Of a stretch of DNA of 64,000 nt, positions 12,410-26,634 are shown one piece after another. The stretch is from assembly GCF_009914755.1 (NCBI RefSeq), contig NC_060927.1. One strand, 5' to 3'. The notes under the pieces are model-generated. The model saw nothing but the letters and a program-made list of their open reading frames with translations. It had not been told where the DNA came from and searched no databases. How positions within the stretch are numbered: the stretch's first letter is position 1; each line of letters starts with the position of its first letter. The position numbers and the translations under genes are program-made. This DNA comes from the human T2T-CHM13v2.0 reference genome, Homo sapiens.

Positions 12410-12900
12410 TGCCTCTGGGAGTTGTTGTGAATCTCGGTTTATTAATATTTGCAAAAGTGCTTTCAGGGCCTTTGTTGAAAGACATTATAGAGGAGCAGAG
12501 GGTTATTATTAAGGCTGACATTTGCTCATTGTGATTAAAAATGACGAAATGAAATTTCAAGTGCAGAAGTCAACACTGCAATTTAATGTACAAAGGTGTC
12601 TTTGTACATCAACATCCAGCCAAATAAGGTCCATGTGTATTACAAAGATTTTTCTAGTTGCTTTCAAATGAGGATTGGTTTTCAAGTGGGGATTCAATGT
12701 AAGCAGACATCATCAGAGGCCAAAAATATACCGTTTCAGCTAATTGCATCTGTTTGCACAATGTTTTTTTTTATTCACCCCCTCCTTAATTTATCATGGA
12801 CTGCAAATGGAGCCAGAGAACTGTGCATTGAGATCGTGTCCAAATGGTTTTATTTACCATCGCACACAGAATTTTACTGGGCTATAAAATAAATGGATTT
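12410..12900. promoter_or_regulatory. Candidate enhancer: SOXE dimer palindrome, CArG box, extra SOX sites
   Basis: ATGTACAAAG-gtgt-CTTTGTACAT 12586-12609; CCAAATAAGG 12620-12629; CATTGT 12527, ACAAAG 12642, ACAATG 12758. Motifs only, no functional data. Confidence 0.35.
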
Positions 12901-13130
12901 CCTTGGAAGCAATTAGAACAGTCCCTTCTTAGGCCACTGGGCAAATTAACCCATACCCATGGGCCCTTCTGTGGAAGAAGCCTGCATTATGCCGAGAAGG
13001 AATGGGGTAGGAGCTCAAGGAGAATGGTGGGAAGTTGCTACCCATATTTCTGTTACTTTCTTTGAAAATATATTTGTGACCCACAAGCTAAACCAGATGC
13101 AGGCTATATTTTAATAAGAAAACAGACTCA

Positions 13131-13266
<136 letters not shown>

Positions 13267-14707
13267 AAAACAGACTCAAACACTTGGGCTTAGAAAGGTA
13301 CTTGGCTGACAATATGCTTGAGGCAAAATTAAACATGGATGAGACTGGGGAGAGAAAGAGAAGACTTCCTAGAAAATTCATTTTGTTGAATTTTAATTCT
13401 CTTTCCCTTTCTTTAACCTGGTAAGGCAAATTATCCAATATGATATAATACACAGTTTGGCATAAATGCAAAATGCTAGAAAGCATTATGGCAGTGTTTC
13501 TGAACTTTCCACCACTCCTTTCAGCATCACCACTGAATAGCCAATTAACTTGATAAAGTTTTTTCACTGTATTGCTCTTGGCTCAAATCAGTTGTGTAAA
13601 CAGTGGCTTTAGAGTGCAACCCTTCTTCCCTTAGTTTCACTTGGAGACCACCTCAATACATATCAAGAACACAGCAAAAGCTGGAGATAGAAACCGCCGT
13701 TCTTTACCTACACACATAAGCATGAGGAGATGACACCATGAGTCTTCTCAGTAACTTCTAAACCTCTCAGTCAGATCAAGAATTAGAAACAAAGAGTTTT
13801 CAGAGATCTGAGAAGGAGGTTGGAAAACAGGTTTCTTTGGAGACAGCGTATTGCTGAGTCTATTGTTCCCACCAACACTTGGGAAGAGCACAGTCCTGCC
13901 ACTTTGGAATTATATGTTTAGTGAGGGGGTCCTAAAAGAGTCAGTTGCTCAAAGAGTATGGGCATGTATCACCTCCAGTTGCCAAATTTATGCCTCAAAG
14001 GACAAAAACAGATCATGGACTGGGACCTGACTGTATCCAAGATCTCTAGAGGAGATTGTAGGATTTGGCAGAGGTTCCAGGAGAGTACTGCTGTATTGGA
14101 ATTGTCCTGACTTCCCTGAGTATGTTTGTGCTAAAGATGTTTAAGCATTTTTAAAGATTATGTAGACCATGGAATGTGGGGGATAACATAAAATGATTGT
14201 ATTCAATTTCATTATACTAGGGTAGACTTAGAGGGTTAAGGAGACTTCAGCTTTAGTTGAATGATGGAAATAATCCACCAACAATTAGCTGGTGTTTATT
14301 CAGTATCTTACACATTCCAGATATGCTTTAATGGCAAAAACAACTTTTAGATGCAATCTACCTACTGTCTCTTCTATTCCTGCAAAGGAGAAGCTCTGAT
14401 ATGGGTTGAAGACAAATGAACCCTCATTATACAAGTAGGTTACACTCCTGGAGGGTAAAGTTATCAATCCATGGGAGTGAAAAAATTATAAACGGTAGTA
14501 ATGTTGGGCAAATGTTCTCTTTAGTGTGCTGTCTCTTAATTTTTATTGTGCTCTTGAATTTTAACTTTCTTCTCTTGTGCAAGACCTTGATGTACCTTCT
14601 GATTCTGAGTTGCTTCCATTGCTTGGAAGGATTATAAAAATAGTAAACTCCCACTAAAAAGGGAGAAATGAAACCAGTAGCAAAGACTAGATTTTGAGAT
14701 GAATGTG

Positions 14708-14886
14708 TGTCTTAGTCTGTTTTGTGCTGCTATAATAGAATACTACAGACTGGACAATTTGTAATGAACAGAAATTTATTTTTCACAGTCTGGAGGCTGC
14801 GAAGTCCAAGGTCTAGAAGATAGCATTTGACAGTGGCCTTCTTTGTGTGTTATAACAGGATGGAAGACATCACATAGCAGAAGGGC

Positions 14887-14919
<33 letters not shown>

Positions 14920-15088
14920 ATGAACCCACTCTCATTCATGAGGGTAGGAAGCTCTCATGACCTAAACACCTCTTAAATGTTCCATCTCGTAATACTGTTA
15001 CAGTGACAACTTCAACATGAGTTGTCACTCATGTTGTCACTCAAATTTCAACATGAGTTTTGAGGGGATAAAAATTCAAACAATAGCA
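14708..15088 (-). mobile_element. MaLR solo LTR (MST/MLT1A-like) with internal (GA)n
   Basis: tgtcttagtctgttttgtgctgctata...tttcaacatgagttttgagggg...aaacaatagca; TG...CA ends; 5-bp TSD ATGTG/AGGTG. Confidence 0.9.
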
Positions 15089-15415
15089 AGGTGAAAACTG
15101 TTCGGAATGTTTCTTTAGGGTCTAGCCCAGCACTCTATGGTACAGAAAAAGTAGGGAGGGAGAATGGAGTGGAGTGTCTAGGTTCTTTTTGATTATGGAC
15201 ACAGAAGGCATAATTTTCTCAGATTAAACATCATCCTGGGGATTCTTTCTTGCTTTTACATTTTAGGTATAGAAAACTTGGGGACCTGTGGGGAAAGCAA
15301 AAGAGACAAACACATGTTACTATTTTGCAATATGCCTGACATGATCTTGGCTGCTTTTAATATGTTATCTTATTGGATCCTTATATCAAACAAGGCTATG
15401 AAATAGCTGCTAGTG

Positions 15416-15815
<400 letters not shown>

Positions 15816-15997
15816 TCATTTGTAAATAGAATACAAGGGATTCAAAACCTGACATATTTTATCTGAAAGTCCTAAAGCCTAAGCCCTTTCCACAAGGGAA
15901 TGAATGAATGAGCAAATAAATAAATGAATATTATAAAAACTATTTATTTATTTGATCATGTTTATTTTGTTCCACTTTGACACAGGAAAACATTAAA

Positions 15998-17536
<1,539 letters not shown>

Positions 17537-17631
17537 GCCAGAATAATGGAGATACCATTAGGGACGTCAGAAGGAGAGCAAGTTTGATTTCAGATACACT
17601 GAGTTTTTAATGTCAAAAGAGATTTAAGCTA

Positions 17632-17949
<318 letters not shown>

Positions 17950-18843
17950 CTATACAATCAGAAATAAGGTCCTAGCATTTAGAAGTCAGTGCAGCAAGAT
18001 ATAAATTTGGTCATTATCTGTATGTATTATATTTGAAAACACTGAAGTGAATGAGTGTCAAATGAATTAGAGTGTCAAAAAAGAGGATCTAAGTAGATTT
18101 AAATTTTTAGATGGTAGACATTAAATAAATGTCTACAATTGGTAGATCCATTTTGATCTCATAGCATTAAATGCCATTTATAAAAATTCCAAAAGAAGTC
18201 TTTGAGATTTTGAATAGCTCCTTTATAAAAAATTAAGTTGCAGTAAAAAAAATAAATGATACAATGATTGAAACAACAAAAATCTAAAGTGTTTTTGAAA
18301 CCCATTATTAGTAACACTATTTAATGTGAACTGAACACTGAACTTATTTAAACAGAGTATTCGAAAGCATTAGTAATCTCAATATGTGGCCCTTCCTCAG
18401 TTCCTATTTCAGTAGAGTCAAAATTTCTTCCTTACTAATTATTTGGTCTATTTTATCCTCTGAAATCTGGGCAAGTGGCACCTCCAGGGTGTTATAAGCA
18501 AATTAGATACACAAATAGTAATGAATAATTTTCCACATCTTATTTTCTGGGCTGTCAATCTTGCCTGAGATTTTATAGGTGGATTCATTTCAATTAAATA
18601 CAATTCCTTTTAGGGCTTTTATAAGAGAAAGAATAATGTTGCTCTCCTATCAATTAGTCCTGAACTCAGTTTTGTGTAAGATGTTTTGAATGGTTAAATG
18701 CTGTCATGTTTGGCATTTGATAGAAAAATAACATGATACCTTTGTATTGTTTTTTAATCAGGCCATAACATTCACCAAGCCCTAGGGATATTAGAATAAA
18801 ACTATTAGAGAAGTGTCAATCACAACATTCTTTCCTTCTTTCC

Positions 18844-18879
18844 CAGAGGTAGTACCTTATTTATTAGGTACTACCTCTG
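18844..18879. repeat. Perfect 14-bp inverted repeat with 8-nt spacer
   Basis: CAGAGGTAGTACCT-tatttatt-AGGTACTACCTCTG. Confidence 0.95.
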
Positions 18880-19564
18880 CACAGAGCTTTCTGATGGGTA
18901 CAGAAGATGAAGTATAGGAGAAGGAATTCCAATGATAATGTGAAGAGCCTTCTCCTTAAGAAACCTACAGATTGGTAAATGAGATAAATGGGTATGAGAA
19001 GAGCTGACATGTCATAATTTTTTTCTGTGCGGCAGGGTAGAAAGAAACCTGGAAGTATTTAAAAGCAAGAAAGATTATTTCCAGCAGGGAGATTGAGAGA
19101 GACTTTGAATAGGAGGTTATAAAAAGATTGCAAAGTAAAAGAGCTAGAATTAGGTCATTTCTTTGAGTCAAGAAAAATACACTTGAAGACTCTGTGAAGC
19201 AAATCCATTAGTGGAAGCAGAATTCTGTTATTTGTATTTGTTTTGGTCATTGTAGAAGCACCAGAGATTGCTAAACAAAGGACCTGAAAAATGCCCAAAT
19301 ATGCATTTCCAGTTTTCATTTGGTGACTTACTGATGATTTGGGGGAAATTTATTTATTTATGGGTTAGAAGGGCTCCTTGTACAAAATAGCAGAGTAGTT
19401 TATACATTATTATTTAGTTTATTCATTCTTTCACTCATATGTTTTCTAAAACCTAAAACATATTAATCTATCATCTGTGATGTAGAAGGCACTGAGCTAG
19501 ATACTAGGGATACTGTGGGCAGAGTGACTGGACCTAGTTCCTGCCCTCATAACATATACTATGC

Positions 19565-19730
19565 AGATCTTTGTTACTCCAAGTGTGTCTGGTTGACTGG
19601 AAACATCAGCATCACCTGTGAACTTTTGAAAAAATGCACAGCCTCTGCCTCAGCCTTATGGAATCAGAATCTGCATTTTAACTAGATCCTCAGTTATGTT
19701 TTATCCATATTAAAAACTGAAAAGAAGTTG
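19565..19730 (+). mobile_element. MER5-family hAT-Charlie MITE
   Basis: aagtgtg...catcagcatcacctgtgaactt...aaatgca...gaatcagaatctgcattttaac. Confidence 0.75.
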
Positions 19731-20933
19731 GATCTGTAGCCCTAAATAGAGCCAAGCAAGTAGTCTGCAAGCTCAGGTGTCTTGGTCAAACACTCAAGAG
19801 AACAGGGAAAGGATCTATCTGCAAGGATTTTCTTTACTGAGAAAGGGTTATAGGTTTCAAAATCAACTCCACTTAACATGGCTATATGAAGGGGAGAGCT
19901 AAATCCAAAATATAGCAAATTTGAACACTATAGAGTAACAAAACTGATGAGTTCAGATCTCTTACTCTAAACGGAACTAGAGAGGAATCTTAGAGTGATC
20001 TCCAGCAGCCTAATAATTTGTTTCTGCAATTAAATATGATCAGCTGTTCTCTTTCCTTGCCTAGAACCTACCCTTTGTCAGTCTCACCTTGGGCAAATAT
20101 TATCTAACCTTCAGTAACCAGCATGAATAATACCTTCTCCTTGGAGTCTTTCTCAATATTCTAGTTACAGCCAACCTTTTCTGCCTTTGAATTACCCCAG
20201 CAATTTACGTGCACCTCTCTATGATATTGACATATTCTATCTCAATGTGCACATGTGCAAGTCTATGACTTATTTCCCTCTCCATAATGCCTTTAAGAAT
20301 AACAGGATGATGCCATATCTCTAATATACATAGCACTTGACATGTTATTATGTACGCAGTAGGTTAATTATGCTTGTTGGATGAACTGAGACATGTAAAT
20401 CACAACTACATTTTTATACGTATTTAAGTAGAGATTCACACACATTAACAATGCTTAGTGATAGGCCTTGAGAAGTACAAAATAATATTATTCACTAAAA
20501 TTTTCCTTATTATGGTTAAGAATTATATCCAGAGTTATATCGTGTGCAGTAGAATTACAAATGAAATCTACAAGGTGTTTTGCATCTAGTTGAAGAGGCA
20601 AGGCATTTTACCCCAAAGAATATTTAATGGCAACAGACTGAAGAATATAATAATACAGTTACTAACTGAGCATAATTAAATGCCAAAATGCAAAATAAGG
20701 ACTATGAAGATTTGGAGGGTAGGCAGGGATAAATCAGTGTTGGTGAAAGTTTCCCAAGAAGTGGGTAGAATAGGTGAGGCTTGAGTTGGGATTTTAAGAA
20801 TAGATAGTATTGAGTTTAGGAAGATAAGTGTGTAAAATCTTTATACACAGATATTATAAGTGAGGGAAGAGAAGAAAAACAGCTTCTCTCAAAAGGGGAC
20901 TTGATGTGGTAAGTCTTGAAGGGAAGACACTTA

Positions 20934-21546
20934 TGTCAGGTTGAGTTTTCCAGAGATGGCCACAATAATATCTCTTTTCCGCATGGTCGTCTGAACTGTG
21001 ATCTTGTCAATTATCAGTCAAAAGGAGGGTCTATGTCTCCTCCCCTTGAATCTAAACAGGTTTGTTATTGATTTAATCAATGGAGTAGAGTGGAAATCAT
21101 GCTAGGTGACTTCCAAGGCTAGGTCCTAAGAGGCCAGGGAGTGTCTGCCTGATCTCTTGGAATGCTCTCTCTCTGATGCTTTCTTTCTGGGATGATCCCT
21201 CTTGGAACCCAACTGCTGTGCTGTGATAACCCCAAGTCATATGAAAGGTTCATCTGTATGTGTTCTGGTCACTAGCCCAGCTGAGCCCAGTCTTCAAGTC
21301 ATCCAAATCCAGATAAGAGGCATATGTGTAAAAAGCCTCCAGGTTATCCCAACCCCCAACCATATTGAATCACTGCTAGCCCTTTTAGTCTCCCCAGCTA
21401 AAGTTCCAGACATTATGGAACACAGATAAGCCATCCCCACTGAGTCCTGCTCAAATTTCTGATTCATGGAATCTATGAACATAGTAAAATAATTATTTTA
21501 TACATGTCACGAATTTTTTAAAATGCAGAATTAAATAATTGAAACA
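20934..21546 (+). mobile_element. MaLR solo LTR (MLT1G-like)
   Basis: agatggccacaata...ctccccttgaatct...gtgacttccaaggctaggtc...cccagctgagcccag...caaatttctgattcatggaatctatgaac. Confidence 0.85.
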
Positions 21547-22125
<579 letters not shown>

Positions 22126-22346
22126 TAGTATTAAAATCTAAAGTGGTCTTACCATAGGGATCGCCACCATTTACATGAGCTGTGAGGATACGGGAAGAGA
22201 ATGCATGTGGACAATGGTTCTGTGTGTGTAAATGAAGGCCTTTTCCCTTGTAAGAGTTTACTCAAGAGCTCCTAAATTATACAAATAAGAACATTAATAA
22301 TTTTGAAACTTAAATTACGTTTTATAGTTTATGCAGGGTTTTAGCA

Positions 22347-22693
22347 CAGTGGTCCCTTATCATTTTGGCACCAGCGACCAGTTTCATGGAAGACAGTTTC
22401 TCTACTGGGTTGAGCAGGGGAGGGGATGGTTTTGGGATTAAACTGTTCCACCTCAGATTCCACCTCAGATTATCAGACATTAGTTATATTCTCATAAAGA
22501 ACACAACCTAGATCCCTCGCATGTGCAGTTCACAATACGGTTCATTCTTCTATGAGAATCTAAAGATGCTGCTGATCAAGAGTTGGAACTCAGGCAGTAA
22601 TGCTCACTGGCCCACTGCTCACCTCCTGCTGTGCCGCCCAGTTTCCAACAGACCACTGGTATCAGTCTGTGGCCAAGGGGTTGGAGCCCCTTG
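22347..22693 (-). mobile_element. MER1B (hAT-Charlie)
   Basis: cagtggtccc...ggcaccag.gaccagtttcatggaagaca...ctagatccctcgcatgtgcagttcacaata...ggttggagccccttg; 8-bp TSD TTTTAGCA/CTTTGGCA; internal TTCCACCTCAGA duplicated. Confidence 0.9.
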
Positions 22694-22784
22694 CTTTGGC
22701 AAATGTAACTCTATTTGTGTGTTGGCACAGCCTTATGAGGAAGATAATCCAATTACACCATTTTGTAGATTTTTATAAGTAGCA

Positions 22785-23030
22785 GCTGTGGTGAGTAGTT
22801 CAGCGTTGGGCCATGATGCCAGTTCCTGAATTCAAATTCCAGTTTCCCCTCTCATAAGCCATGTGACATGGAGAAGGGTAATTAAACTTTCTTGCCCCTC
22901 AATTTTATCACCTCTAAAGTGGCAGTATTGTACTATTTTTAGAACTGTCTTGAAAATTAAATACAATCATACGTGTAAAGCACTTAGAACGGTGCTGTGC
23001 ATAGAGTTGGGTGTTCAATAACATGTTATT
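22785..23030 (+). mobile_element. MIR SINE
   Basis: gttcctgaattcaaattccag...gccatgtgacatgg...ctcaattttatcacctctaaagtgg...gtaaagcacttagaacggtgc. Confidence 0.8.
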
Positions 23031-25915
23031 GTTACAGATTAGGCTCAAGAGGTTACATTCTCTAGGGCTGCACAGGTATAAATATCATCAAACCTAGGCA
23101 TTTTGCTCTAAGTCTTATACTACAAGTGATTCATATTTTCCTTTTAATTTTTGTTTAGTTGAAGGCTGATCAATGTGCCTCTTGGGATAATGGCCACTAT
23201 TTTAAAACACTTTTTTTCTTTACTCTCTGAATGTTCTTCTGGAAGCTATTTGTGCAAATTCAGATACTACACTACTTAGGAATTTTACCCAAGGATGATA
23301 GAGGCCAGTAGCTCTTGTAGTTTATGTGTTATCCTTAGCAGGAATGCTTTCCTTAGAAAGACTGCCTTGAACACAAATTCTTGACTATTAAAATTCCCTT
23401 CGTGGGTGCTTCATCTTGATAAAGCAAAGACCTTGTTTCTTCCCACGTATTGGGAGCATCGTCCCCTGTCCTGTTACAGTTAGATCTTGAAGGTGCTTTT
23501 TAGTTTATCTAGGTAAAATGTTGTTCCTTGAATGAGCTTCTTAATTCTTAATGCTCTTTGTTTAGATTTTCATCCATCTCTGCAGCCTTTCCAGACAGTG
23601 GTTCATCTCCTAACAATGGCCTCCCTAATGCATGAGACATAGTAGTAAAACCTCATTGAACCTCATTATCATCTCTTTTGCATGCTCCTCTATGAACATG
23701 CAAGTAACCTTTTAATCATCCCTATTTTGTTGTGTTGTATAAAATATATATGGCTTCTCTATTCTGCACTTTTTTATTTGTGGGATGTCATATTATCTGT
23801 CAGTGGAAATGGAATGCAAATACATTGCTGAAGGTGACTTATCTCAGACCTTGTTTTCTTCCACAGGGGGAGAAAAATGTCAGTCTTTAATGAACTCGGA
23901 GCTAAAGTAGATTAGCCATTTTCTTCAGGTTAGATGGATGATGCTATCAAAATTATTAAGTCACTAGGTCTGAATTTCTCTGTATGTAAATCCAATGTAA
24001 TAAGCGCTATTAACATACTTGCCAATCTATCTCACTGACATATTTTAGTATTTTGGCTAAAAACTAAAATAATACTAGTCCTGATTAAACAATTTACTTC
24101 AATCAGTTTACCTCTTACCTATTATCATTTGGCAATAGGCACTATTTCTCAATGAGCTCAAAATATACTACATGACAGACAGTTTGTCCTACTTCTTAAA
24201 AACAGTTGCTATATCAGCAGATGAATGAGAAATCTCTTTAATGTAACTTCCCTTTAAGAAGTTTAGTAAGGATTTTTGTTTTAGTTTTTATGTTTATATA
24301 AAGTATCCCTTCAGTATTTTTGCAACCCTCTCTAAGAAAAGAGCAGCTCATGGTAGAAAAGAATGTTTTGGGCTATGATGGCAGAAATGGATGGATGACC
24401 ATGCCTTTCTGGAAGAGATTATTCCTTGCAACCATTGGACCTATTACTGCAAATAGCTGAGAAAAAGGAACAAATCAGTACATTTAATCTATGCAAAATG
24501 GGTGTTAGGGAAAGCAAGTTAAGGTAAAGTTTTCAAAAACTATAATAATATCTTCTGCTATAGGCTGTTTCCTTTATTTACTTATAACAGCATTCTTCTG
24601 CCAATGACCCAAGCTGCCCGTTTCACTCACTTTCTTTATGAAAAGAATATTCAAGTGAAAATTCAAAGAAAACGCTTTTAGAGTTTTGCTGGCATTTGCA
24701 GTATTTTATCCCTTTGCTTATGGAGATATTTTAGTAAAAGTGTAACATTTTCCATTTAATAGTAGGTGGACTTACTGCTTCCTAAGGCGAAATTTGTTCC
24801 TGGGTGACTCTGTGTAACTTCTCAGCAAAGTTTTGCCTTCAGATTTTTCTTTTTTGGTTTGAATCCAGTTTAGGAATTGGTGAGAGCCACTTGTGCTATT
24901 AGATACTTACTGATCCTTATTTGCTGACATAGTGAGTTAGGAATGACCACTGAGAAATCGAAATTAGAATTTGACTCTTCTGACTTCTAATAGGAGGTAG
25001 AAGTTGAATATTTGCAACATAATGTCATTTCATTCACTAAAGAAATGTGCTTATGTTAATATATGTAGTGCAGAATTCTCTTGTTATTATTAGAAATAGG
25101 CTGGGTGGAGAACTAGGAGCAAAAATGGAAAGGTAGAAAACTGTCCACTGACTCATTCCTAAATTTACTTGGAAGGAGAAAAAAATTAATGGAAATGACT
25201 GTTCTTTTATGGTGTTTCTATTCCTTAAAGAAATGAAGAGCTGAGCAAACAAAGAAAAGGTGCTTGCCTATATTTTATCTCTCATTTACATATAAATATG
25301 GTTCTGATTAAAATACATTTTGATGGCACTGACTGGGTAGAATTTATCTGTGAAAAAAAACCTGAAAAGGATAATGTTTTATTGTTTGGTATTATCAATA
25401 CTACAACTCCAATTCTTTATAGAGTTTAGTCCTGTGCAGATTCTGTAGAATTATTAATGCCTTATATGGCTCACATCTTTACAGGGGAGCTTAATCTGAA
25501 GTTTGGCATGCTCTTTTCATCTGTGTTTTGTTTTCTGTTTGCATGACAATTTCTTCTAACATTTTCTATTTTCTCTTTTCTAATGATTTTAATCCATGGA
25601 GGTCAAAAAGCTCTATTGATACTTTCTGCTTTGCTTTAGGTAAATTTAGGGTGCAGTTTCTTTGGTGGGAGAGAGCCATGGGAACATTATTTCTTGCCAT
25701 CTATTGGAGAATGGGAAACTTGAAAGGACAATTACATCAGTGTAAATATGACCAGCTGGTCTAATGGCCAAGTGGTGCTCGTTCAAAGTGGCCTACCTTT
25801 GTGCCATACTCTTGTTGCTTATCTGAACAGTAAAGGGGATTCAAGATGTTAGGTATTTCTGCTGTGGAAGTCATTAAGCTCAATGGATTGGGTGTAGTAG
25901 GTATGTAATCTAGAG

Positions 25916-26082
25916 TCTTGCTTTTCAAAATGTGGTCCATGGGCTAGTAGCAGTGACATCACCTGGGAACAGGTTGGGCATGCAGAATCCCCAGTTCCAC
26001 CCAGGCACTACTGAATCAGAATGTGCATTTCAAGAATATCTCAGGTGATTTACATATGTGCATTAAACTTTGAGAAGTACTG
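25916..26082 (+). mobile_element. MER5-family hAT-Charlie MITE
   Basis: ttcaaaatgtggtccatggg...catcacctgggaac...tactgaatcagaa...aaactttgagaagtactg. Confidence 0.8.
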
Positions 26083-26099
26083 GTCAAGAAATCCTTCTT

Positions 26100-26426
<327 letters not shown>

Positions 26427-26634
26427 TTAACAAATTCTCCAGCCATAATAGTTGTAATAACAGCACTAATAATATTTATGTACCAGAAATCATATCATTT
26501 AATCTTCGAACTGTACCTAAGTGGCATTTTTCCTGTCATCGCCCTTTGATAGTTGGTGCTCAGAGAGGTCACGCAGGAAGGCATTTATTCATGAGGTTAC
26601 TGAGACAGGGTCTTCTTCACATTGGCTTTTGTTC

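Noticed and set aside
18845-18879. let-7 family miRNA gene
   Set aside because: Only 10 nt match let-7d, and the 36-nt hairpin is far too short for a pre-miRNA.
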